Shown in pieces: positions 1 to 11,961 of a stretch of DNA of 64,000 nucleotides. The notes under the pieces are model-generated. The model ran no database searches. It had not been told where the DNA came from and was given only the letters and a program-made list of their open reading frames with translations. Each line of letters starts with the position of its first letter. Positions within the stretch are counted from its first letter, which is position 1. The stretch lies in NCBI RefSeq assembly GCF_009914755.1, contig NC_060945.1; one strand, given 5' to 3'. The position numbers and the translations under genes are program-made. The DNA comes from the human T2T-CHM13v2.0 reference genome, Homo sapiens.

Positions 1-1316
1 TCTTCTGTAAAGAAAAAGATAATCAACAGAGTGAAGAGACAACTCACAGAATGGGAGAAAATATTTACAAACTACCCACTTGACAAGAGATTAATAAGCA
101 GAATATATAAGGAGCTCAAACAACTCTATGTGAAAAAATCTAATAATCCAATCAAAAGATGAGCAAAAAATATGTATAGACTTTTCTCAAAAGAAGACAA
201 ACGAATGGCAACCAGGCATATGGAAACGTGTTCAACATCATTGATCATCATAGAAATGCAAAGTAAAACTATAATGAGATATCATCTCATCCCAATTAAA
301 ATGATTTATATACAAAAGACAGGCAATAAAAAATGCTGGAGAGGGTATGGAGAAAAGGGAACCTTTGTACATTGATGGTGGGAATGTACATTAGTACAAC
401 AACCATGGAGAACAGTTCAGAGGTTCTTATAAAACTTAAAATTAAGCTGTCATATGATCCAGTAATCTCACCACTGGACATATATCCGAAAGAATGGAAA
501 TCAGCATATTTGAGAGATAGCTGCACTCCTATGTTTGTTGTAGCACTGTTTACAATAGCTAAGATCTGGAAGCAACCTAAGTGTCCATCAACAGACAAGT
601 GGATAAAGAAAATGTGGTACATATACACGATGAAGTACTATTCAGTCATATAAAAGAATGAGATCCAGCCATTTTCAACAACATGGATGGAACTGGGCAT
701 CATTATGTTAAGGTCATCCAAACTGGAAATTAAGAAGTCAAATTATCCTTGTTTGCTGATGATATGATCTTATATTTGGAAAAATCTAAAGACTTCCCAG
801 GAAAACTGTTAGAACTGATCAACTGATTACAGATTTATTTCACAAACGTAATGATCTCCAGTTCCATCCATGTTGTTACAAATGACTGGATCTTACATGA
901 TAAACATCACATGTTCTCACTTATTTGTGGGATTTAAAAATCAAAACAATTGAACTCATGGACACCAAGTAGAAGGATGGTTACCAGTGGCTGGGAAAGG
1001 TAATGGAGGGTTGGGGGGAGGTGGGCATGATTAATGAGTACAAAATCAGTTACAAAGAATGAATAAGACCTACTTTTAATAGCACAAGAGGGTGACTATA
1101 CTCAATAATCACTTAACTGTACATTTTAAAATAACTTGAATAGTGTAACTAGATTGTTTCTAACTCAAAGGATAAATCCTGGAAGGGATGGAAACCCCAC
1201 TTTCCATGATGTGTTTATGTCACATTGTATGCTTGTATCAAAACAACTCATGTACCCCATAAATATATACACCTACTATGTACTCAAAAACATTAAAATA
1301 AAAACTAATAAAAAAA
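1..1316 (+). mobile_element. L1MA-type (about L1MA1-3) LINE-1: ORF2 C-terminus, 3' UTR and A-rich tail, with a complex internal insertion at 713-898
   Basis: The ORF at 333-653 reads as the L1 ORF2 C-terminus (PMFVVALFTIAKIWKQPKCPSTDKWIKKMWYIYTMKYY). An L1MA-type 3' UTR ends ...catgtaccccataaatatatacacctactatgtactcaaaaacattaaaataaaa. Confidence 0.9.
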
Positions 1317-2118
1317 GCTTCAAAAAACAGGCTGACTTTCTTGGTAGGGGCAAATGCAGCTGATGGCTTTAAATTGAAGCCTATGCTCATTTACCATTCT
1401 GAAGTATTTAGGGCCCTTGAGAATTATGCCAAATCTACGCTGCCTATCCTGTAGAAATGGAACAACAAAGCCTGAATGACAGCACGTCTGTTTATAGCCT
1501 GGTTTCCTGAGTATGTTGAGTCCACAGCTGAGACTTAAGCAGCTGAGACTGCTTAGAAAAAAAAAATTATTTCATAATATTACCTCTCATTGACCATGTA
1601 TCAGGTCACCCAAGAGCTCTGATGGAGACGTACAAGGGGATTAATGATGTTTTCATGCCTATTAACACAACATCCATTCTGCAGCCCATGGATCAAAAAG
1701 ACATTTTATATTCGATTATTCTTGTTTAAGAAATACATTTTGTAAGATTATAGCTGCCACAGATACTGATTCCTCTGATGGATCTGGGAAAAGTAAATTG
1801 AAAACCTCCTGGACAGAATTTATCATTGTAGATGCCTTTAATTGTAATTATGTAATTACAATTGTAATTACATTTGTAATTCATGGGAGGAAGTCAAAAT
1901 ATCTACATTAACAGGCATTTGGAAGAAGTTGACTCCAGCCTTCGCTGATGACTTTGAGGGATCAGGACTTCAAGGGAAGACAAAACTACATATGTGGCAG
2001 AAATAGCAAGTTAGTTAGAATCAGAGGTGAAGCCTAAAGATGTGACTGAATTGCTTAAATCTAATGATAACCTTGAATGAATGAGAAGTTCTTTTTATAG
2101 ATGATCAAAGAAAGTTGC

Positions 2119-2428
2119 TTTTATTTTTTTTCATTGTTTAGGACAGGGTGTTGCTGTCACCCAGGCTACTGTGCAGTGGCAAGACATAGCTCATTGCAGC
2201 CTAGAACTCCTGAACTTAAACAATCCTTCCACCTCAACCTTCCAAGTGGCTGGGCCTACATGTATGCACCACAATACCCAGCTAACTTTTCTTATTATTA
2301 TTACTCTTAGTTTGTAGAAACAGGGACCCACTGTGTTGCCCAGTCTGGTCTCAAATTCCTGGCTTTAAGTAATCTGCCTCAGCCTCCCAAAGGGCTGGGA
2401 TTAAAGATGTGAGCCGCCACACCCAGGT
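2119..2428 (-). mobile_element. AluJ-type SINE inside Tigger1
   Basis: Diverged dimeric Alu in reverse orientation; Tigger1 sequence resumes on both sides. Confidence 0.88.
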
Positions 2429-2826
2429 AGAGAATTGGTTTTTGAGATGGAATTTACTCCTGATGAAGATGCTCTAAATATTGATGAAATTACAACAAAG
2501 AATTTAAAATTTTATTTCAACTTAGTTGTTAAAAAAGTAGCAGGGTTTGGCAGGGTTGAATCCAATGCTGAAATAATTTCTACTGTGAGGAAAATGATAT
2601 CAAAAACAGCATCATATTCTACAGAGGAATCTTTCCTGAAAGGAAGATTCAGTCCAGCAAACTTCATGACTGTCTTATTTTAAGTAATTGCCACAGCTAC
2701 CTCAATTCTCAGTATCCACAGCCCTGATCAGTTAGGAGCCATTAACATCAAGGACAAGACTCTCCGTCGAAAAAATATTACAACTCACTGCACGCTCAGA
2801 TAATTGTTAGCATTTATTTTCAACAA

Positions 2827-3101
2827 TTTTTTTTTTTTTTTGAGACGGAGTCTTGCTCTGTCATCAAGCTGGAGTCCACTGGTGTGATCTCAGCTCACTG
2901 CAACCTCCACCTCTTGGGTTAAAGGATTCTCCTGCCTCAGCTTCCCGAGTAGCTGGGAGTACAGGCACGTGCCACCATGCCCAGCTAATTTTTTTGTATT
3001 TTTATTAGAGACAGGGTTTCACCATGTTGGCCAGGATGGTCTCGATCTCCTGATCTCATAATTCGCCTGCCTTGGCCTCCCAAAGTGCTGGGATTACAGG
3101 C
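2827..3101 (-). mobile_element. AluS (AluSc-like) SINE lacking about 20 nt at its 5' end
   Basis: Poly-T, then gagacggagtcttgctctg...ccaggatggtctcgatctc...ggattacaggc. Confidence 0.9.
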
Positions 3102-3575
3102 AAACAAAATATTTTTAAATTAACGTATATTCATTGCTTTTGTAAGACATAATGCTATGGGACACTTGATGGACTATAATATAGCATAAACATAACGTTT
3201 ATATGGACTGGAAAACTGAGAAGTTTATGTGACTTACTTTATTGCAATGTTTACTTTATTGCTGTGGTCTGGAACTGAACCTGCAATATCTCTTAGGTAT
3301 TTCTGTAATTTTATAATTACAGTATTTCCTTTTTTCTCCCTTTATCCTACTCATAGATGCCTGCCTTATATTGTTTATGTATTCAAGGCCCATAAATAAT
3401 TTATTTTCCCATCAAATGTTATACATTTTATAGAAAAAAAAGAATGTAGAAACTAAACAAGTATGTTAAAACTGTTAAAAAATAAGATTTAGTTTTTTCA
3501 GGCATGTTTTATCATTTTAGAGAAATCAGTTCTGAGCAACATATACCAGATAGTTTCATATTATAAGGGGAGTAG

Positions 3576-3645
3576 ATACACACACATACATATGTATATA
3601 TACACATATATATTTACACATACATATATGCATGTATATATATAA
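3576..3645. repeat. Mixed (CA)n/(TA)n low-complexity microsatellite
   Basis: acacacacatacatatgtatatatacacatatatattta... Confidence 0.8.
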
Positions 3646-3867
3646 ACAAATTAAGGTATATAACATATATTTTAAATTTTTCCCTTGTTAACTTAAATTT
3701 CAATATTTCTTCAGTGTTGTCAAATATTAAACCACAGTAATTTTTATATTAATCACTCAAGTAGAGATAATGTAAAGAAATAGAAGATTTGAAAGACATT
3801 CATGAAGAGAGGGAGAGGGAAGAAGCTTGCCCTACAAGATATTGGGAAATTGTATATCTATAGTATC

Positions 3868-5492
3868 TGATATGGTTTGACTCTGTGCCCCTGCCCAAAT
3901 CTCATCTCCAGTTGTAATCCTCACATGTCAAGAGAGGAAGGTGATTGGATCATGGGGGCACTTTACCCCATGCTGTTCTCGTGATAGTGAGTGAGTTCTC
4001 ACATCTCATGGTTTTGTATTTGGAAGTTCCTCCTTTTTTTTCTTTTCCATGTTGCCTTGTAAATAAGGTGCCTGCTTCCCCTTCCACCATAATTGTAAAT
4101 TTCCTGAGTCCACCCCAGCCATGCAGAATTGTGAGTCAATTCAACCACCTTTGTTTGTAAACATGTCCAGAACATGTCACAGACTTTCCCAGCAGCCCCT
4201 CCCATCACAGGCCCAGAGGGGTAGAAGGGAAAAATCGTTTTGTGGGCAGGGCCCAGGGCCCTGCTGCTGTGTTCAGCCTCAGGACTTGGTGCTCTATATC
4301 CCAGCTGCTCCAGCTCCAGCCATGACTAAAAGGGGCCATGGCACAGCTCAGGCCATTGCTTCAGAGGGTGCAAACCCCAAGCCTTGATGGCTTTCACATG
4401 ATGACGGCCTGTGGGTGCACAGAAGTCAAGAATTGAGGTTTGGAAAACCCTGCCTGGATTTCAGAGGTTATATCGAAACACCTGGATGTCCAGGCCAAAG
4501 TTTACTGCAGGGACAGAGTCTTCATGGAGAACCTCTGCTAGGGCAGTGTAGAAGGGAAATATGGGGTTGGAGCCCCCACACAGAGCACTACCTAGTGGAG
4601 CTGTGAGAAGAGGGCTACTGTCCTCCAAACCCCAGAATGATAGATCCACTGACAGCTTGCCCTGTGGGCCTGGAAAAGCCACAGGCACTCAATGTCAGTC
4701 CATGAAGGAGCTGCCCAAGATCTTGGGAGCCCACCCCTTGCATCAGCATGTCCCAGATGTGAGACATAGAGTCAAAGGTGATCATTTTGGTGCCGTAAGG
4801 TTTAATGACTGCTTCACTGAATTTTGGACTTGCATGGGGCCTGTAGCCCCCTTTGTTTTGGCCAATTTCTCCCATTTAGAATGGATGTATTTGCCCAATG
4901 CCTGTACCCCCTTTGTATCTTGGAAAGAGCTAACTTGTTTTTTATTTTACAGGTTCATAGGCAGAAGGGACTTGCCTTTACTCAGATGAGACTTTGGACT
5001 TGGACTATTGAGTTAATGCTGGACTGAGTTAAGACTTTGGGGGACTGTTAGGAAGGCAAGATTGGTTTTGAAATGTGAAAAGACATGAGATTTGGGAGGG
5101 GCCAGTGTCAGAATGATATGGTTTGGCTCTGTGTCCCCACCCAAATCTCCTCTGCACGTAATCCCCACGTGTTGAGGGAGGGACCTGTAATCCCTATGTG
5201 TTGAGGGAGAGAGGTGATTGGATCATGGAGGCAGTTTCCCCCATGCTGTTCTCATGATAGTCAGTTAGTTCTTATGAGATCTGATGGTTTTACAAGTGGA
5301 AGTTCCTCCTTCATTCTTTTTCCTGCTCCCTTGTGAAGAAGGTGCCTACTTCCCCTTCTGCCATGATTGTAAGTTTCTTGAGGCCTCCCCAGCCATGAGG
5401 AACTGTGAGCCAATTAAACCTCATTTGTTTATATTAATAAATTACCTAGTCTCAAATATTTCTTTATAGCAGTGTGACAACAGACTAATACA
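3868..5492 (+). mobile_element. MaLR (THE1D/MSTA-type) element: truncated 5' LTR 3868 to about 4160, internally deleted int region, 3' LTR 5114-5492
   Basis: Both LTRs begin tgatatggtttg. A purine tract (gagatttgggaggggccag) precedes the 3' LTR, which ends gactaataca. The element splits an old L1M fragment (ctatagtatc|...|gatccaagacagtgtg). Confidence 0.88.
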
Positions 5493-5900
5493 GATCCAAG
5501 ACAGTGTGCATAGGGATGAAAATAGTTCAGTGAAACACAAAAGAGAGTAGTCAAAAAGACACTGTCATATATGAGCATCTGCAGTATGACATAGACAGAA
5601 GTTTATGTTGCTGAAGAACATATACTGTTCATGAATGAGACAGAGAAAACAAGTTTACCCACCAGATTGGAAAAAAAAGTAAATGGTATTACAATCTCAA
5701 TTGTTGATGGTATGTGGAACAATGGGAGTATGCACACACTGCTGAGAATAAATTGGTATTGCATTTAGAAAATCAATTTGGCATTACATTATCTCATAAA
5801 ATTAAATGGACACATACTTTATTATCCAGCAATAGCATTTCTTGGAAGATAGTCTTGTACAGAGAAAGCCATGTACTATCTGTATTGTCCACAATAAAAA
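5493..5900 (+). mobile_element. Old L1M (L1ME-like) ORF2 3' fragment, continuing from about 3780-3867
   Basis: Degenerate similarity to the L1 ORF2 end (caagacagtgtg...; gaaaatcaatttggcatta...ccagcaatagcatttcttgg). Confidence 0.5.
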
Positions 5901-6629
5901 AAGAAATAATAACCAGGGAATAACATGGGAAAATGACTATCATTTGTAAAATAAATATTGACTTAGAGTATATTCAAACAATGCAAAATTAATTAATGTA
6001 TAATTTGGGATATTTAGCTACTAGATAGAAGTATAATGTTAATAAGCACGGCATTAAACAACATAGAATTAGAAATATTAGAGTCTACTAAAAAGAAGGA
6101 GCACAAATGTGATTCAAGGTTCATTTAATGCTTCATTTCTTAAAAAATTTGGCAGAACACAGCCATTTATTTCATATATATATATATTTAAAACATTCCA
6201 TCTTTAGTGTGCAAGAAAACAAATAGAAATAAAACACTATGAAAACTGGGATATCAACTGCCTGTGAAGCTAAAATCATGTAAAGGTCAAATAGAATTTT
6301 TAATTTAAGGAAATTTTAAGATAATGGAAAAATGGAGGTGATCTAAATTATTTTATAAAGAAGATATTATTATAATGATTTTATTCCATTAAATCAAATT
6401 TAATTTTTAAATGAATAGTACATACTTGTGGTACGTGTTCAAAGCTTCAAATGAATTTTAATATAATTGTATTAATAATTTTTTAAAAAACAAGAGGACG
6501 CTCAGCATCCTACATTATTATGGAAAAGAGAGAGTTGAAATAGAGTCCACGGTTATTATGAGGCATTATTTTCTTCCAATCAGCAAATGGAGAAACCGCC
6601 TTTTAATTAACCCTTTTAATTAGAAGCAT

Positions 6630-7115
6630 AATTTTTCAATTCACCCACCCGTATGGTGCAGCCGAACCCTTGACTTCATTTCTAGATGGAGGAAATTGCA
6701 GTGGCTCATTTGTTGTGACAGACTGTCCCGTCTTAAACTACAAACAATATTGGTTAATTTATTTATCAAGAATAATACATGTTTATCTAGAGTTTACCTA
6801 CCATATCAGTTAATGTATTTCAACATATATTTACAAAATATATCATTATATCCCCTCAAATATAAAGGCAATCTTTCTACCGAATTAAAATGAAAACTAG
6901 AATGTGGTGTGACTAGTACATACTAACAGATAGTGTGCAGCAAGTATAATTTTAAGAAAAATATTTCTATTGAGGAATAAAACATGAACACCCTTTTGTC
7001 ATTCCCAAACCACTGTATATAAATACATACAGTGATACATATAATACATATAATACATGTATATGTATAATATGTATTTATATATATTTATTCAGATCAA
7101 ATGGGTTGAAGTGAA
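6630..7115. repeat. Copy 1 of an ancient local direct duplication (partner 8445-8865)
   Basis: Shared blocks ttgacttcatttctaga, gtggctcatttgt, tcttaaactacaaacaatat, gttaatttatttat, gaataatacatgtttatctagagttt and taattttaagaaaa occur in the same order in both copies. Confidence 0.9.
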
Positions 7116-7374
7116 TTATTAATTGTATTTCATTATATTGGTATTTATTGGCAGTCATAAATTAATAGACTAATTGTATTCAGATACTAATATTTAATTT
7201 TTTATGTAATCACAATGGAAATAGAGTTTATTCTCTTTTTATTTCTTAGAGCATGCAATAGTTTTGGAAACAATATAAAATTTTGACGTTATTAAGCTAA
7301 AGCAAAGATAACATTATGCAAAATTCATCTGAAAAGTTAATTAAATAATGGCAATAGAGATTTACCAAGTAGCT

Positions 7375-7912
7375 TATTGGGATTCAATCAGGCTGGTGGG
7401 AAAAATATTAGAGACAGTTATAGAGATAGACACAAATCTTCTCGGAAGGCCGAGAAGTTTGCGTAACTTTGGTAGTAGACCTGGCTGAAGGCGGCCTGGT
7501 CCCTTTACCTTTAGTTAAACAAATTAAAGTAGTAGCAAAGGAAGGCAGAGTAGTTTACCTAGCTAGCTTGTTTACTCATGTGATCTTAAGACTAACCTTT
7601 GATGTACCGCAGGTGCTGAAGTGCTTTTTACTCAAGAAGTCCACAATGTCAATTATTACCCTCTAATGGTGTTGACTCAAGCCTTTGTTAATTAATCATA
7701 CTGAATAAATGCGAGTCTCACTAGGTGATCAGGGCCGAGTCCCAACTGTTTAGAGGACTCTGCTGGAGTCTGTAAGCCATTCGAACACTCAGCAGGACTG
7801 GCAAAGCAGAGTATCTGTGTGCCAGTGTACTTCATTCATCTGTCGTGGGTCAGAGGTATGCAAGGGACAGACTCCCTGCAGCTGGTGCTCCCGTATAAGG
7901 AGCACTGCCACA
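7375..7912 (+). mobile_element. LTR22-family solo LTR (HERV-K HML-5)
   Basis: Begins (ta)ttgggattcaatcaggctggtgggaaaaatattagag; AATAAA near 7704; degenerate 6-bp TSD gtagct (7369-7374) / ctagcc (7913-7918). Confidence 0.8.
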
Positions 7913-8444
7913 CTAGCCTATAAGTCCAAACCAATGTATTTAAAAACTAAGAGAAATATATTTTAAAAGATTTATCAGAGACATACTTTCCTCTTTGCCT
8001 AACAAGAACTTAGAACAGATAAATAATGCCTCTTGAAATCTATGTTTCCATTCTTTTTCCTTTAATACTTGAGTGTCATAAAAATGAACTGGATTTCATA
8101 TTTTTTTTTAGAAGACAGGCTTGAAGAAGGGCATTTCACTGGAAGCACTATTACTTATACAACTTAAAGAGCAATGCAATCATGGTAAGTGGAAGATTCA
8201 AAAAAGAAAGCCATATCCCTTTCCTCATTTTTGGAGCACGTTATAATAATATAACCTCTAGTTTGTTCTTTCCTCTTGATTGTTTTCTTCAGTGTCTCTT
8301 CTCCGAATTCTTTCACTGATAATCTCTGTAACCTCATTAGGAGTTCTGCTGCTGCTTCATTTTACTTGATGATAGTTATTTTATTTCTCTTAGATATTAC
8401 TTTTCAACTAGACTGTAAGCCCTGGGAGAAACATCCCTGATTTA

Positions 8445-8865
8445 GGATGATCTCTCAGTTCTCCTGCCCTCATGGTGTGGCCCACCCATTGACTTCATTT
8501 CTAGAGGGAAGAAATTGTGGTGGCTCATTTGTGAGAGACTGTTTCATCTTAAACTACAAACAATATCAGTTAATTTATTTATTAGGAATAATACATGTTT
8601 ATCTAGAGTTTTCCTTCCCCATTAGTTGACATATTATCATAGATATTTACCTATGAATGTGACTATATGCACTTAAATATAATAGCAATTTTCCAACTGA
8701 AGAAGGGTTTAAACAGAAATCTGGGGTTAGTAGAACTTTGTGCAACAAGAAGTTTAATTTTAAGAAAATGATTTATTTGAGTCATAATGCATTGTTTCCC
8801 TTTCAGTATCTCCTAATCACAATGAAATATGTATTTATAGAGAAGAAATAGGCTGAACTATATGT
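8445..8865. repeat. Copy 2 of the ancient local direct duplication (partner 6630-7115)
   Basis: Same blocks as copy 1; differs by a 3-nt gap in the core and lacks copy 1's CpGs. Confidence 0.9.
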
Positions 8866-9113
8866 TAGGCACTCTTAAGATTCAGAGGACCAGAAAATGG
8901 GTTATGTCTCGTCAGACTTCAGCTGAGCGTTAAGGAACAGATAGTAGATTCAGTATTACAAGAGAATGGAAAACAGCCTGCTGAAAATGAAATCAAGGGT
9001 AGAGGAAGCAGGACTAATTTAAGAGAGGAGAACCAGATAAAGATCTTAATTTAAGTAAAAAGAAGATTTTCTGTTATTAATTCAGTCTAAAAATATTTTT
9101 GACATCACCTTCT

Positions 9114-9610
9114 TTTTGGGAGAGGATTCTCCATGCCTCCTTCTGTTTTTGAACATCTTGCAAGCAGAGGTACTGACAGCTTTTTTTTCCAGACTGTATT
9201 TTCAAAGATGTCTATATAGTGAAACTTCCTAAAAGATACAGATAGTGTCTTTCTCTAGAGCGAAGAGATTTGTTTGCTGGACACAAGTAAAAAAGTTGGT
9301 TTTCCTCTGAGGCAAATGTTGGGCAGGTTTGAGTGTATCGCCTGATAGAAGATTGGCATTTTCTGAAACTGAAATTCTTTGTATTTGAGAAAAACATTGC
9401 AAGGGCTTCATCCAGCCAGACCAATCTGAATCATTGTCATGAGACCCGAGAGGCACAGAGAGCAAGAGCAAACATGAAACTCATGGCATCTGTTTTGCTT
9501 TGAATTAAAAAACAACAACAAAAAATCACTTTTATATCTGATGTCTGATGCAGGGGACTTGGGTTAGCTCTGAAAGAAGAATAAAATCTCAGCCTATGTA
9601 GTTTGTGACA
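9114..9610 (+). mobile_element. LTR40-like ERV-L solo LTR inserted into an L2 3' end
   Basis: ttgggagaggattctccatg...cttgcaagcagaggtactgac...gatagtgtct...taaaatctcagcc...tgaca matches my recall of LTR40. Confidence 0.7.
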
Positions 9611-9705
9611 CCTACTATGTAGCAGGCATATTTTTAGGCATTAGAGAACATGAGTGAATAAAATAGAAAATGATTTCTGCTTTACTAAAATTTGCACTCT
9701 AGGGA
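9611..9705 (-). mobile_element. L2 3' fragment
   Basis: cctactatgtagcaggcat...gtgaataaaatagaaaatg...ttgcactctaggg is typical antisense L2. Confidence 0.6.
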
Positions 9706-10234
9706 TGCAAAATTGTAATTTCTAGGGTTAAAAAATTTAAAAAAATAATTAAAATAAATAAAATACAAAGTAAGTAAATATTTAAAATTTTAACAAAACA
9801 AAATTAAGCCTGGGGCCAAATTTTGTATATGGTAGTTGCCTGAGAAAATGTAACAGTGGACTAAGGCTGGAAAGATGCTCTTTAGTACACAACGATGGTA
9901 AATACATTATGACTGCAGTCTAAAATGAATAAATTAGTGTATATTTTGTAGCCGACTAGAGACCCCTTGTAGGCTCATATTTTGAAATTATTGGTCATAA
10001 TGAAGATAAAAAAATGGTGATCATTTGTGTTTCAGGGAAAGTGGTGTAATTACAATTGTAGCATTCACTGTAGAAAGGGGCTAATATAACATTTTAAAAA
10101 TAATTGTTAGTCTGAAGTTGACGGAATCAGGAAACTAGACAGCGTAGCCACAAAGATAAAACTCTGGTCTTGAAAATGAGTAGTATAGAAACTGATAACA
10201 TGAATGAGAGAGGAAAACTTATCAAGAAGGAACT

Positions 10235-10700
10235 TCCCTTCTAGTTTAGGCACCTTGAGTTTGAGATGACAGAAAGACCACCAAGTGTAAGGGCTCATGA
10301 GACAGTTGAAAATTTGGCCCATTAATTCAGAAAAAAATTTAAATATGAGGCAAGATTTTGGAATCATTCCTGTGGTGTAGATTTCTAACACTTTGAGACT
10401 AGATAAGCTCTAAAAGATGGTGCAAAAATGGAAGAACAGATGACTAATGACCTAATGCTGAACCACACTCACTGTCAGAGATGTATAAAACAACCAACTC
10501 AACAGAAATAGAAGAGGAGAAAGAGAGCAGGAAGGGGAAAAGAAAATTCAAGATAGTACAGATCTCTGAATACCAGGAGAGGTGAGAGCATCAGCAAAGA
10601 GGGCATGACCACATTGCAGAGTGACAAAAAGATTTTAGCTCCAGAGAAGAAAGTATAGGTGACCTTCAATTTTGTAAAAATAGAGGTTACAGAATTCATA
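10235..10700 (-). mobile_element. L2 fragment
   Basis: ttgagtttgagatg...ccaagtg...gacagttgaaaat...gattttggaatcat resembles antisense L2. Confidence 0.55.
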
Positions 10701-11961
10701 GATAAGAAAACAAGATAGTTTTAAAACAATTATTTTAAATATTATCTATGCTTGTTAATTTTTTTAAATTAATATTATAATTCTCTATTTTAATTGTTTG
10801 AATGATAGAAATAATGTTTGATATATAAAGATGTTTGATATATAAAGTAACATTGAAGCAAAATTTATTCTTCTGTATGTGTAATGTTCCAATGTTAAAA
10901 CTAATAATAATAGTATTTAACTATAAGTTTCTTTATTTTCAACAAGTCCTTTATTTGTTATCATTGCTGAGTTTGGCAGAATATTTATGATGTTCTTTCA
11001 TTCGTTCAGCTTAAATGAATAAGTGGATAAAATGATGAGATCACTCAGTATGAGCAGGGACTATCACACTGGAATAGCAATACAAATATTTGGTATCTTT
11101 GGGAAAAAATCTATTTCCACTTCAATTTTTAGATTTTTGATATAGGGATAATAATAAAACTGGCTATAAACTTATCTAAAATTGTATAATTGATTTATAA
11201 GCAAGTGGGAAAAAAAAGAGACCGGGAGAATATAATTTAAAGTTTCAGGACTATCTAAATAGTTGGGAGGAATTCTTCGCTGTATTGTTTGGTTTAGCAT
11301 CACCACCTTACTATATGAAGCAGTAACATAAAAATGTATATGTTTATCTAAAGTACATGTAAATCCCCAAGTCTCTATCTCTCCAACCTAATTCTGTCTA
11401 GGTTTATGAATAACCTCTGAGTTCATTAGAAACTACTGATGTGTGCAAAATAATTTGATAGTTCATAACTTCATATTTGTGAAAAAATATTGTAAATTCT
11501 ATTAGATTTGATGCCACTTTTATGTGGCTAACACCTTTTGCATCAACTGGAATGAAAATTAAAATGCAGTGGTTTGTTAGAATTCTAATTTTTACAACTT
11601 CTTGAAAAGGCTTCAGTAGACTATTATATGCTCCGTGTTGGAGAAAAGAAAACAAAATAACAGTACAGATTATTTACTGTGATTTATGCCACCAGGGTGA
11701 CATCATAAGCCTGGTAAAAACTTAGCCATTTCACCTTCATCTCTTTTTAATTTTTATTTTCATATTTTTGTGAGAAATGATTATGTACAGAAAAGAAGAA
11801 TAGCACTAAGAAAACAGCAGAAGGATATTCCAAAACTCTATTTAAAGCAAAGATAACAAAAATAGGTCAACATACACATGCTACCACTTACAGCTTACAA
11901 GTTAGCATAAAATTTCAAGGACTGTCAATCAATTCTGGATGTAAACTATTGCCCTATGGTG

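Larger units (their letters stand above)
1314..3305 (+). mobile_element. Tigger1 (TcMar-Tigger) DNA transposon, 3' portion, interrupted by two Alus
   Basis: Collinear with the second Tigger1 at 37680-39806. It ends in a degenerate TIR (caatatctcttaggtatttctg) followed by TA. The transposase frame is disrupted. Confidence 0.9.

Noticed and set aside
4121-5027. ORFs up to 142 aa, and similar ones at 13280-14995 and 62765-63895
   Set aside because: They lie in MaLR internal or LTR sequence and are fragmented by stops and frameshifts, so they are not host genes.
8170-8365. Purine-rich minus-strand open stretch (NEAAAELLMRLQRLSVKEFGEETLKK...)
   Set aside because: No convincing splice sites or recognisable homology; composition alone explains it.
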